NCBI GenBank assembly: GCA_963762985.1
Contig: CAVXMK010000010.1
Location: 460,909-524,908 of the forward strand
Reading direction: 5' to 3'
Length of the DNA stretch: 64,000 nt
Source of the DNA: an uncultured Chloroflexia bacterium
GTDB taxonomy: Bacteria > Chloroflexota > Chloroflexia > Thermomicrobiales > UBA6265
The notes under the pieces are model-generated. The model saw nothing but the letters and a program-made list of their open reading frames with translations. It was not told the origin of the DNA and ran no database searches. Position numbers and translations under genes: made by a program. This document shows positions 29,880 through 39,251 of the stretch, in pieces (the first letter of the stretch is position 1; each line of letters starts with the position of its first letter).

Positions 29880-31469
29880 TCACTCCCGCTTTCGAATCGG
29901 CCGCGGCACGATTCGAGGACCGGTGCTGGCAGCGTACCAATCCCCCAGCCGGTGACTGACGCCAATGATCGGATCGTATGCCTCCCGATAGAGCTTGTAG
30001 ACCTCCTGGTACACGGAGTGCCTGCTAGGATTGGGGTCTACTGGCGAGCCGTACCGCGCCCACTGCTCGGCCGTCTCGGCCGAGTCGACGTCGCGGATAC
30101 CGCTATACGCCAGGAGCGCGGCGCCCACCGCCGCCTGATCGGTCGTCGCCAGCCCATACACCGGCAGACCGAACACATCGGCAACCATCTGCCGCCAGAA
30201 CGGGCTGCGGCTGCCGCCGCCCGCCATGACGATTCGCTCCGGTTCGGCGCCCACCTCGCGCAGCGCCGCGTACGCGTCAAGGCAGGCGAACGTTACCCCC
30301 TCCATGACCGCCCGCACGATATCCCCATGATCGTGATGCGCCGCCAGGCCCAAGAACGCGCCGCGGGCGCGGGGATCCATGTGCGGCGACCGCTCCCCGA
30401 CGAGGTACGGCAGGAACAGCAACCCGCGAGCGCCAACCGGCGACATCTCGGCCCACCCCGTCATGCGCTCGTACGCCCCGGCGGCCGGGATCTGCAGCAT
30501 CTCGTCGCGTAACCAGCGCAACGCCATGCCCGCGGCCAGCGTGGCCCCCATCTGGTACCACCCCGGATGCACCGATGTCGGTTCCAGGGCCGAGCAATAC
30601 GCATGCGTGTGGCCAGCCGGGTCGGGACGAAAACTCCGGTCCGGAACCATCACCTGCCCGCCGGTGCTGAGCGAGAGGAGCATCGTCTCCGGATCGACGA
30701 TTCCCGCGCCGAACAGGGTGCTCGGTGCATCGCCGGTCCCGGTAACCACCGGAATCCCGGCGCTGATCCCAAGCGCTTCCGCCGCGGTCTCGCTCACCTC
30801 TCCCGCCACGACATTCGACTGTTTCACCGGGGGAAGCAGGATGCTCGAAACCTCGGCCGCGTCGAGGAGGTCAGGCGACCAGTTGCGCCAGCGAGCGTCG
30901 AGCAGGAGGGTCCCGGAACCATCCCCGGGGTCGGTCGCCACCGTTTCCGTGATGCGCCGCCGCAGCTCGTCTTTCGGCGAGAGGAGCCGTTTCGTCCGCC
31001 ACCAGATCGACGACCGCTCCTCCTGCATCCAGGCAGCCGTCGCCGCCATGAACCCGGTGACGAGCGGACTACCGGCAATCCCGATCAGCCGCTCCGCCCC
31101 GAGCTTGGCGGTGATCTCGGCCGCCTGCCGCGACGACCGTTGATCGGCCCAGATGACAGCCGGGGTCAGCGGTGCGTCGTTCTCGCCCAGAAAGACAGTT
31201 CCGTGCATCTGACCCGCCACGCCAACGCCTGCGATGGGAGCACCGGCGCCCAGCCAGCCAACGGCCTGCTGCACCGCCGCGGCTGTGGCTTCCCACCAGG
31301 CGTCGGGATCCTGTTCCGCCCAGCCAGGGTGCGGTCGCATGGTCGGATACTCGGCGCTGCCCATGCCCCGCACGGCGCCATCGGCGGCGACCACGAGCGC
31401 CTTCACCGACGACGTTCCGAGATCGATCCCGAGAAAGACCTCGGGCGTCACCGTGGCTACCCTAACCAT
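29880..31469 (-). CDS. FGGY-family carbohydrate kinase (xylulokinase/gluconokinase-like), 529 aa
   Basis: FLGIDLGTSSVKALV, GVAGQMHGTV, VIWADQR, GTGDAPSTLFG and PYLVGERSP motifs. It overlaps the upstream kinase by 8 nt. Confidence 0.8.
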   Translation of the reverse strand: MVRVATVTPEVFLGIDLGTSSVKALVVAADGAVRGMGSAEYPTMRPHPGWAEQDPDAWWEATAAAVQQAVGWLGAGAPIAGVGVAGQMHGTVFLGENDAPLTPAVIWADQRSSRQAAEITAKLGAERLIGIAGSPLVTGFMAATAAWMQEERSSIWWRTKRLLSPKDELRRRITETVATDPGDGSGTLLLDARWRNWSPDLLDAAEVSSILLPPVKQSNVVAGEVSETAAEALGISAGIPVVTGTGDAPSTLFGAGIVDPETMLLSLSTGGQVMVPDRSFRPDPAGHTHAYCSALEPTSVHPGWYQMGATLAAGMALRWLRDEMLQIPAAGAYERMTGWAEMSPVGARGLLFLPYLVGERSPHMDPRARGAFLGLAAHHDHGDIVRAVMEGVTFACLDAYAALREVGAEPERIVMAGGGSRSPFWRQMVADVFGLPVYGLATTDQAAVGAALLAYSGIRDVDSAETAEQWARYGSPVDPNPSRHSVYQEVYKLYREAYDPIIGVSHRLGDWYAASTGPRIVPRPIRKRE

Positions 31470-33015
31470 TGCTTTCGGAGCTGCTGGCAGGCCCGGCCTG
31501 GAGATCGCTGATCGCCTGGCTCAATGGCGCGACCGCAGGATAGAAGCGCCGGTACACCGTCTCGAAAATAGTGTTGTAAACCGCAGCATCGTCCGAATCC
31601 GGCAGGACGGCATCCCGTCCATACCGCATCGAGGCAGCGGCATCGTCGACATCGCGATACACGCCCGCGCCAAGCCCTCCCAGCAGCGCCGCGCCGAGCG
31701 CGGTCGCCTCCTCCGCGGCGACGATATGATGCTTCAGATCGGTCACCGACGCCTTGATGCGCATCAGCAGCTTATTGCGCGTGCTGCCCCCGATCGCCAC
31801 GACCAACTCCGGCGGCACGACCTGGGAATACGCGAGCAACGGCTCGAACGTGCTCCGGCTCTCCATGGCCAATCCTTCGAAGACCGCACGCGTCACCACA
31901 TCGCGCCCGGCATCGGCGGTGAGACCGATGAGCGCGCCGCGCGACCGGGGGTCGTCATACGGAGGGTTAGCCAACCGCAGGTGCGGGAGGAAGACCACGC
32001 CCAGGCTGCCGGCCGGAACATGGTCCGCGCCGGCAATAAGGGCCTCGTGCAGGACCACATCGTCCCCGGTCCCGAGGAGCTTGCGCAACCAGTCGATGCT
32101 TGCGCCGGACGTGTATTGTCCAGCGAAGGCGTAGTACCCGCCGCCGACCACGTGCGCACCCTGCGTGTATCCCTGTCGCCCCGCCCGTGGATCGGTCAGC
32201 GGTTCGGCGATGGGCAGAAACAGTGCCTCGGCCGTACCCAGCGAGTTCAGCATCTGCCCCGACCGCGTGACCCCCGCGGCCAACGCGCCACAGACGTGGT
32301 CGTGCCCCCCGGCGGAGACGAGCGCAGTTCGCGGGAGACCGGTTTCCTCCGCCGCGCCAGGACTGACGCGGTCCAACGCCGTGCCTCCGGGCACGAGCGG
32401 CGCGAGCATCTCGGGGGCAATCCCCGCCTGGGCCAGTGTGCGCTCGTGCCACCGCTTGCCGCGCAGGTCGAGCATCAGCGTGCGCGAGGCCAGCGACAGG
32501 TCAGTCGCGCCCACGCCACAAAGCCGAAAGGCAATGTAGTCGGCGATCATCAGCCAGTGGACAGAGCGGCGCCAGGCATCCGGTTGGTGTTCCCGGTGCC
32601 ACAGCAGCTTGTTCAGCGAAAAGATCGGCTGCAGCGACAGACCGGAGCGGGCAAAAAGCTCGTCCTTGCCGATGTGCTTGGCCAGCCATCTCGCCTGCGG
32701 CCGCGTACGGTTGTCGTACCAGGCGATGCTGTCGGTTGTGGCCATACCCGCGTCGTCGAGGAGCAGACCCGATTCTCCCATGGAAGCGACCGCCACCGAA
32801 GCGATCCGCGACGGGTCTGGCACGTCGGCGATGGCGCGCCGGATCGCCGCGACGGCGGTTTGCCACAGCTCCTCGGGACGGAAATAGGCCCAACCCGGCC
32901 GCGGAACGTGCGTCGGGGTCGGCAGCGACGCGGACCCGACCGCGATCCCATCCGTACGATAGACGACAGCCTTGACGCTCGTCGTGCCGACGTCCAGCCC
33001 GAGCAGAAGCGTCAC
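31462..33015 (-). CDS. FGGY-family carbohydrate kinase (LsrK/rhamnulokinase/fuculokinase-like), 517 aa
   Basis: GTG start. LLGLDVGTTSVKAVV, SAGGHDHVCGALAAG and PHLRLANPP motifs. Confidence 0.78.
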   Translation of the reverse strand: MTLLLGLDVGTTSVKAVVYRTDGIAVGSASLPTPTHVPRPGWAYFRPEELWQTAVAAIRRAIADVPDPSRIASVAVASMGESGLLLDDAGMATTDSIAWYDNRTRPQARWLAKHIGKDELFARSGLSLQPIFSLNKLLWHREHQPDAWRRSVHWLMIADYIAFRLCGVGATDLSLASRTLMLDLRGKRWHERTLAQAGIAPEMLAPLVPGGTALDRVSPGAAEETGLPRTALVSAGGHDHVCGALAAGVTRSGQMLNSLGTAEALFLPIAEPLTDPRAGRQGYTQGAHVVGGGYYAFAGQYTSGASIDWLRKLLGTGDDVVLHEALIAGADHVPAGSLGVVFLPHLRLANPPYDDPRSRGALIGLTADAGRDVVTRAVFEGLAMESRSTFEPLLAYSQVVPPELVVAIGGSTRNKLLMRIKASVTDLKHHIVAAEEATALGAALLGGLGAGVYRDVDDAAASMRYGRDAVLPDSDDAAVYNTIFETVYRRFYPAVAPLSQAISDLQAGPASSSESNG

Positions 33016-33079
33016 CCGATGGTTCCCCTTGACTGGCGAAGCCGACCTCGCGCTCGTGCCGCCGCGCCCCCGGAACCGG

Positions 33080-33904
33080 TCAGACCGGAACGGCGGCCCA
33101 CGCGTGAATCACGTCCCGCAGGGAGCCGCACATCGCCACCGGATCGTCCGCCTGCCAGACGTTGCGCCCGTACACGACACCCTTGGCCCCCGCGTCCAGC
33201 GCGCCGCGGGTGGCCTCCAGCACGACGGCGGGATCCGAGGAGCGAACACCGCCGAGGACCAGAACGGGAACCGGGCAGCCTTCGACAACCTGGCGCATCG
33301 TTTCCGGATCGCCGGTGTAGGCGGTCTTGATGGCGTCGGCGCCGAACTCGGCCGCAACCCGCGCCCCGAACGCCAGCAGCTCGGGATCGCGCTTGTCTTC
33401 CATGCGCCCACCCCACAGCACCGACTCCACGATCACCGGCATGCCGACCCGGCGCGCGGCCTGGATATTGGCCGCAACCTGGCGGGCGTTGTCCGAAAAG
33501 GTCGCGCCGTCGTTCGTGCCGACGATGAGAAACATCGTGATCGCGCCCGCGCCCATGGCCAGCGCGTCCTCCGGCGAGCAGATGACCTCGTAGTGCTCCC
33601 CCTGGCGCGGATCTTGGAGCGGCGCCGGAAGCCCCGGGAACACCTCGGCGTTGTAGATCCAGTCGGCGCGCACAATCGGCATCGGCGCCCCGCGGAAGGC
33701 AAAGAGACCGCCACCGATCTTCATGACGCCGGGCGAAATCAGAATGCCGTCAGGGTTGCCGTCGACGATTCGCCGCAAATTCTCGAGCACGTTTTCCGAA
33801 CCCGGTTTGGGCCCCAGCGTGACCCCATGGTCGAACGCCGCGATAAACGATCGGCCGCTTTCACGGTCGAACAACTGGCCGAGTCGGATGTCCGCGCCGT
33901 TCAC
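33080..33904 (-). CDS. DhnA/LsrF-type class I aldolase
   Basis: 274 aa: FIAAFDHG...GILISPG...GADAIKTAYTGD...PVLVLGG...GAKGVVYGRNVWQ. The lysine in AIKT is typical of the class I FBA/DhnA family. Confidence 0.8.
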   Translation of the reverse strand: MNGADIRLGQLFDRESGRSFIAAFDHGVTLGPKPGSENVLENLRRIVDGNPDGILISPGVMKIGGGLFAFRGAPMPIVRADWIYNAEVFPGLPAPLQDPRQGEHYEVICSPEDALAMGAGAITMFLIVGTNDGATFSDNARQVAANIQAARRVGMPVIVESVLWGGRMEDKRDPELLAFGARVAAEFGADAIKTAYTGDPETMRQVVEGCPVPVLVLGGVRSSDPAVVLEATRGALDAGAKGVVYGRNVWQADDPVAMCGSLRDVIHAWAAVPV

Positions 33905-34092
33905 GGTGGGTATTTCTCCATGGTCGCGCGGCCGTGCGGCGCCGCGCCGGGTCCAAGCCGGAGATCCAGGCAGAGTTCGCCTTGCCGGCTAATCGAAACA
34001 ACGACCCGGAGCATAGGCCGGGGGACTGAGACCGTCAATGCCCGCTTCGACCCGTCTCGACAGCGCCGGTCCGCTGCTAAAATGCCCGCGAT

Positions 34093-35200
34093 ATGCCGCA
34101 CGACACCATCGCCCCCGACCGGGCCCGAGACACCCGCGAACGCGCCGACATGGAACTCGCCGTGGCCGCGCTCCATCCCGAGCGATTCGGGATGCGCCGC
34201 CACCGAGATGGCTGGCTCAAATCGTTCCCCGGCCTCGGCGAGGTGGTTTTTGCGCCGCTCGGCTGGCAGCACGCACAGTGCATCACGTACGACATAGTTG
34301 ACGGTACGCGAGAACCGCTCGACGCCCTCACGCTGGTTGTCCAGCTTCAGGCGCGCGTCTGGGGCATGCCGCCCGTCGAGCTGGTCCCGGTCAATATCCT
34401 GGCCATCCTCCCAGACACGGGAGGATCGGTGCTGGTTGCCTACCGCGAGGACGCTGGATTCAACGCGGACGGCTGGCTCGGGTTCTCGATTGCCGCGGGT
34501 GGCAGCTCCGGCACGCTCGTCTCCCACATGCTCGGCGTGCGCGAAGAGCAGCGCGGCACCCGCGACCTCGGTTGGCACCTCAAGCTGCTCCAGGGCTACG
34601 AGGCCCTTCGCGCCGGCCACCGCTCCGCGGTCTGGACCTTCGACCCGATGCGAGGAGCGAACGCTCGCCTCAATCTCGAAAAGCTGGGCGCGACCGTGCG
34701 CGAGCTGACGCTCGACAAGTATGGCGTGCTCCACAGCGATCTCTACGGCGACGTGCCGAGCGACCGCTTTACGGTCTTCTGGGATCTCGTCTCGGCGACG
34801 ACGCACGGAAGGATCGAAGACGTGCGCACCGGCCGTTACCTTGGCCCTGACCCCTCTGCCGTGCGCGCGATGCCGGAAATCACTCCGCACACCGCGGACG
34901 ATCTCTCCCGCTCCGCACCCAGCCGAAGCGCGCTACCGCATCCCCGCCGACGTCGACGAACTGATGACCGTCGACGCCGAACACGCCAACCGCTGGCGCA
35001 CGGAGATGCGGGCTGCGCTCTCGCCATTCATGACCATCAAGGCGGCCCGGGTCGGAAACCGGGTGCCCGGGTCGCCCGTGGATACGGCGGTAAACATGCG
35101 CCCAGGTGCCTACGATGTCGTCGCCTTCGCCACCGAGAGCCAGCAGCCGGCCGAGCGTGAGAATTGGTACGTGCTGCGCCGCCGCGGCGGCGCGGGGTAA
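34093..35200 (+). pseudogene. COG3375-type GNAT-fold acyltransferase, +1 frameshift near 34922
   Basis: ORF 34093 carries SHMLGVREEQRGTRDLGWHLKLLQ...AVWTFDPMRGANARLNLEKLGA...YGDVPSDRFTVFWDL. After ...ADDLSRSAPS the conserved tail EARYRIPADVDELMTVDAEHANRWRTEMRAAL... continues in the frame of ORF 34721-35200. Confidence 0.7.
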
Positions 35201-35219
35201 GGGAATGGGAGCGTAACCG

Positions 35220-36374
35220 GTGTCTATCGCCCGGATTTTGGTCCATCGCGTGCCACTCCGGCTCCGCGCGCCATTCACCACCTCCTTTGGCACGTATGAA
35301 ACGCTCGACCGCCCCTTTGTCGTCATCGAAACGAGCGACGGTCTGCGCGGGGTCGGCGAAATCCCCACTCTGCTCGACCCCGCGTACAAAGCCGAGGTTG
35401 ATACCCCCGCCGTCATCACCTCGCTGCAATCGTTCATACTGCCGAGCGTGGCGCGCCACCAACAAGAATCCGGCGCCATCGGCGACATCGAATCGGCTCT
35501 GCGGCAAAGCTACGCCTGGATCAAGGGCGCAGTCTTTGCCAAGAGCGGCGTCGAAGCCGCCATGTGGGACATCCTCGCTCAGCGCGCGGATGTACCGCTC
35601 TGGAAGTTGTGGGGCGGCGAGCGGCGCACGTTTCCCGTCGGCGTCAGCATCGGCGGAAAAACGCTTCCCGAGATCCTCGACCTCGCCGAGCGGGCAGTCG
35701 CTCTCGGCTACCGCAGGCTCAAGGTAAAAATCTGGCCGGGGTTCGATGACGAAGTAGCCCGTACCCTGCGCACGCGCTACCCGGACATTATGCTCCAGGT
35801 CGATGCCAATTCCGCGTACACCATGGAAAACTGGACGCGCTTACAGGCGCTCGACGACCTCGACCTCCTCCTGATCGAGCAGCCCCTCTTCGAAGACGAC
35901 TTCGTCCTGCACAGCCAGATCGCCAAAGAACTGAAGACGCCGATCTGCCTCGACGAGAGCGTGCACTCCCTACGCGATGCCCAAGCTGCGGCGATGCTCT
36001 GGGAGCAAAACGGCGCACTCGACCGCCTCATCATCAACATCAAACCGCCTCGAGTGTCCGGGTTCGCCGAGGCCATCGAGATCGCCTGCTACTGCCACGA
36101 CCAGGGCATCCCCACCTGGATCGGCGGCATGCTCGACTCCGCCTGGGGCAAGGCCATGAACCTCAACTTCAACGGCCTGCCGGAAATCGGCCTCCCCGGC
36201 GACCACTTCTCCCCCGGCGGCGCCTACTTCGTCAAAGACGTCACCGAAATACCACTCGTAACCGAGAACGGCCACTTCACGTTGGGCGATGACATTTCAG
36301 CGGGGGTTCCATTCGACTGGTCACGATTCGCGCGCATGGGCGAGGTGGTTTACCAGGAGGAGTTCCCCCGCTAG
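35220..36374 (+). CDS. Enolase-superfamily enzyme: N-succinylamino-acid racemase / o-succinylbenzoate synthase family
   Basis: GTG start. KVKI (Lys), QVDANSAY, LIEQPL, CLDES and INIKPPRVSG metal/base ligand pattern of the MLE subgroup. No men genes are nearby. Confidence 0.8.
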   Translation: MSIARILVHRVPLRLRAPFTTSFGTYETLDRPFVVIETSDGLRGVGEIPTLLDPAYKAEVDTPAVITSLQSFILPSVARHQQESGAIGDIESALRQSYAWIKGAVFAKSGVEAAMWDILAQRADVPLWKLWGGERRTFPVGVSIGGKTLPEILDLAERAVALGYRRLKVKIWPGFDDEVARTLRTRYPDIMLQVDANSAYTMENWTRLQALDDLDLLLIEQPLFEDDFVLHSQIAKELKTPICLDESVHSLRDAQAAAMLWEQNGALDRLIINIKPPRVSGFAEAIEIACYCHDQGIPTWIGGMLDSAWGKAMNLNFNGLPEIGLPGDHFSPGGAYFVKDVTEIPLVTENGHFTLGDDISAGVPFDWSRFARMGEVVYQEEFPR

Positions 36375-36818
36375 CTGCATGCGCGATCTTGCCCCTCGGA
36401 TACAACCACTTGCTTGTCCATCCGGTAAGTGTCTGGAAAGGGCAGGAGACGGGGCGGTGACGAAGGAGGTGCCCGGTGTCCGAGCCATTGGCGGTGCACG
36501 ATAGCGGCCGAGGAGGAGCAGGCGCGGCGGGAGTTGGCGCACAGGCGCGCAGCCGAGGCACGGCTGTGCAACCGGGCGCGCATCTGCTGACTCTCCCACC
36601 AGGGCCGGCGCAAACGCCGCCCCGCCGGTATCGCCCACCTCCCGATCGCCGCATGAGCTTGCCGGATTGACCACTTGGTGTCTGCTCGGCCATCATGACT
36701 CTAAGCCGCTTCCCAGGTGACCTCCTAGGTGATAGTGTGGAGCGTGCCGAAACTTGACCGGGCGCGACCGGGGGCAACCGCGGTGGCGAGCCCCGAATGG
36801 CGTGAGAGGAGGGCCAGT

Positions 36819-37193
36819 ATGGACGGGAGACAGGGGGACGGCGGCGCCCCACGGATCGGGGAGGCGGCCCAGCGGCGCGTGGCGCCGGCCGCGGTGCTCG
36901 GCGCCGCGCTGGCGGGGCTGCGCACCGGGCCGCTGGCGGCCCAGGACGACATCGCCACGGCCGGCAGCGGCGGGTACGCCACCGCCAGCAGCAGCGGCGG
37001 CGCGGTCGGCATCGGCGACATCAACAGCGGCGGCAACGTCGGCAACGCCGTGGCGGTCGGGGACACCTACGGTTCGGTGTGGGTCGACGGCGGGGACGTG
37101 GCCAATTCGACGTCGATCGGCGTGTCGGCCGCCGGCGGCACGGCGATCGCCGACGCCTCCGGCGGCTCCTACAACACCGCGTTCGTCAGCTAG
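36819..37193 (+). CDS. Small secreted Gly/Ala/Ser-rich repeat protein (unknown family)
   Basis: The ATG at 36819 lies behind GAGAGGAGGG. The N-terminus QRRVAPAAVLGAALAGLRTGPLAAQ/DD looks like a signal peptide, possibly Tat-like. The ~85-aa mature part is made of ~12-aa xxGGxxxxAxxx units (SGGYATA, SGGAVGIGDI, SGGNVGNAVAVGD, GGDVANSTSIG, AGGTAIADA, SGGSYNTAFVS). Confidence 0.55.
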   Translation: MDGRQGDGGAPRIGEAAQRRVAPAAVLGAALAGLRTGPLAAQDDIATAGSGGYATASSSGGAVGIGDINSGGNVGNAVAVGDTYGSVWVDGGDVANSTSIGVSAAGGTAIADASGGSYNTAFVS

Positions 37194-37379
37194 CTTGTAG
37201 GCCCCGCGCCGCGGGGCGGGCGACGCGGCGGCCGTGGCGCCGCCGGGCGTCGCGCGCACCGGGGTCGCCGCCACGGCGGCCCCCGCGACCCGCGGCGCGG
37301 TCCCCGGCACGCCCGCGCGCGCGCCGTGGCGCCGTGCGCATGGCATTCAGGTCGTAGCCCAGCAGGGAAGGAGCACGCA

Positions 37380-38091
37380 ATGCGTCGCTTGTCGATTCTG
37401 ATCCTGGCCCTCGCCCTCGGCGCCCTCACCGCGCCGTTCATCGCCGCCGGCGTGGCCGCCCAGGACGCCACCCCGGCCGCGCAGGACGCCACCCCAGGCG
37501 CGGGACCGGCGCGTGCGGAGCGCGGGGTGCCCGTGGAGGACTGCCAGGTCGCGCCGCGCACCGCCGACGACGTGTTCGCCCTGCTCGGGCTGGTGGAGGG
37601 CGGGCAGGCGGCTCCCGCGGAGCGCACGCCCGTGCCGGCCCCGCCCTGGACCGCGGCCGATGACGAGGCGGCGGCCGCGGCGGAGGCGACCGCCCGCGAG
37701 TGGCTGGCCTGCATCAACGCCGACGACAATTTGCGCATCGCCGCGCTGATGACCGACGCCGCCTTGACCCGGTTCTTCGCCGGCGCGCTGGTCGCCGAGG
37801 AGCAACTCGCAGGACGCGCAGGCGAGACTGGCCGAGGCACCGGCGCCGCGCGCCGAGGAGGAGCGCGTCCGGCTCCTGTCGGTGAGCGACGTCGCCGTGC
37901 TGGACGACGGGCGCATCGTCGCCCTGGCCGTCATCAACGAGCCGGCGCTGCGACCGCGCGGGCAAGAGACGTTGCTGCTCGTCTTCGACCCGTCAGGTGA
38001 ACGCTATGCTCATCGACGACATCGTCCAGTTCAGCATCGTGCCCCCCCGCGCCGGCACGCCGGTGGCCGGCACCCCGGTGGCCGGTACCCC
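37380..38091 (+). pseudogene. Secreted NTF2/SnoaL-like protein with a GTPVA tandem tail, two +1 frameshifts (~37812, ~38008)
   Basis: MRRLSILILALALGALTAPFIAAGVAAQ signal, then ...REWLACINADDNLRIAALMTDAALTRFFAGALVAEEQLA. The next frame continues DAQARLAEAPAPRAEEERVRLLSVSDVAVLDDGRIVALAVINE...LVFDPSGERY, and the third frame finishes LIDDIVQFSIVPPRAGTPVAGTPVAGTPVP*. Confidence 0.6.
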
Positions 38092-38102
38092 GGTGCCGTA
38101 AG

Positions 38103-38528
38103 CTAAGACGGCCACCCAGATAAAGGACGAGCCGGAGGCGCCACATCGGCGCCTCCGGCTCGTGTCTGCGGCCATGTCGGCAAGTGCGAACTCGACCGGC
38201 CAGAAATAAGCGCTACCGCGCCGTCGTGGAGCACGGTCATGCCGACCTGGCAGTCGCCCCGGTTGTCCAGCCAGCCGGTGGCGCAGTTGAGGAAGTGGCG
38301 CCACAGGTCGAGGCTGAAGCGGGACCAGACCGCAAGGGCGACGCCCCCGGCGACCACGTCCCGGATACCACGCGGCATGGCGGCGGAGACTTGATCCATC
38401 ACCGCGTGCGCGGGCGCGTGGGCTAGGGTTGCCCGTATCGGGCGCAAACTGGCAACGCGCTGTCGTGAAACGGTGACGATGCCGGCCCGCATGCGCAATC
38501 TGCCAAGAATCGGCGATCGCCGGATCAC
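38103..38528 (-). CDS. Hypothetical protein (uncertain; the 3' end reads through the hairpin)
   Basis: Only the segment AMPRGIRDVVAGGVALAVWSRFSLDLWRHFLNCATGWLDNRGDCQVGMTVLHDGAVAL looks protein-like. I recognised no family, and the start and stop are doubtful. Confidence 0.3.
   Translation of the reverse strand: MIRRSPILGRLRMRAGIVTVSRQRVASLRPIRATLAHAPAHAVMDQVSAAMPRGIRDVVAGGVALAVWSRFSLDLWRHFLNCATGWLDNRGDCQVGMTVLHDGAVALISGRSSSHLPTWPQTRAGGADVAPPARPLSGWPS
38129..38161. terminator. Strong hairpin, 14-bp perfect stem (GAGCCGGAGGCGCC-ACATC-GGCGCCTCCGGCTC)
   Basis: It lies 38 nt after the stop of the NTF2-like gene. On the minus strand it is followed by GTCCTTTATCT. No clear U-tract on the plus strand. 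Confidence 0.55.
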
Positions 38529-38594
38529 GCTATCCGGGGCTATTCGGACTTCGCTCGGCCCGGTTCTGTTCGGCGCAGCCCCGCGCCGCGGGCT

Positions 38595-39014
38595 TCACAT
38601 GGTGAAGGTCATGTCTCCTGCCGCGCCGTGCAGCACAAGCGTGGTTCCCATCAGCGTGTAGCCAGTCACGCCGTTGAGGGCTTGCAGGTACGCCTGCGAC
38701 AACGATTCGGGCGGGCAGTATGCCAGCGTCGACGTGGTCACCGTGATCGACAGCGCGCCGTTTCCGCCGCTCCAGACGCCTCCTGCCCGATTGCAGTCGG
38801 CGAGGACGTCCACGAGGCCATCCGGCAGGAACTGCACGGTGTAGATCGGTTGGGCGATCGCGCCGACGCCCGGGAACGCGGTCAATGTCCAGACCACTGC
38901 GGGTAGGCTGCCCACCACCTGCGCCGCCGGTCGCGCTAGAGATCCCTGCGCCGCGCCCGGGCCGCTCAGGATCAGCAGCGCCAGGATCCCTGCCCAGAGT
39001 GCGCGTCTCGTCAC
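38595..39014 (-). CDS. META-domain (HslJ-like) secreted protein
   Basis: GTG at 39014 lies behind AAGGAAGGAGAC. Signal TRRALWAGILALLILSGPGAAQG, then FLPDGLVDVLADCNRAGGVWSGGNGALSI...LAYCPPESLSQAYLQALNGVTGYTLMGTTLVL, typical of META domains. The upper part of track ORF 38595-39572 is antisense to the cupredoxin gene. Confidence 0.7.
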   Translation of the reverse strand: MTRRALWAGILALLILSGPGAAQGSLARPAAQVVGSLPAVVWTLTAFPGVGAIAQPIYTVQFLPDGLVDVLADCNRAGGVWSGGNGALSITVTTSTLAYCPPESLSQAYLQALNGVTGYTLMGTTLVLHGAAGDMTFTM

Positions 39015-39251
39015 GATCGTGTCTCCTTCCTTAGCCTGACTGGGAACTGTCGCCATTGTATCCGCACCATCTGAAGAACGTGTCGCCGGTAACGACCGTT
39101 TCGCCGAGATTGTAACGATCGACGGGCACCCCGCCCGTATCCGTTTTCGCGCGGCAGTGCCAGAGCGTGATCGCCGTCCGTGGCACGGGGCTCCTGCTCG
39201 TGCGATGATGCGCGTGGTGGCTGCCAGAGCGACATCTTCGGGAGAGGGATT

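Noticed and set aside
28011-33330. Long shadow ORFs 28011-29429 (-) and 31234-33330 (+)
   Set aside because: They are antisense to well-supported FGGY kinase genes and have no domain-like sequence.
35220-36374. Calling this gene menC
   Set aside because: There are no menaquinone biosynthesis neighbours, and it sits directly after a GNAT-fold gene. An NSAR-type function is at least as likely, so no gene symbol is given.
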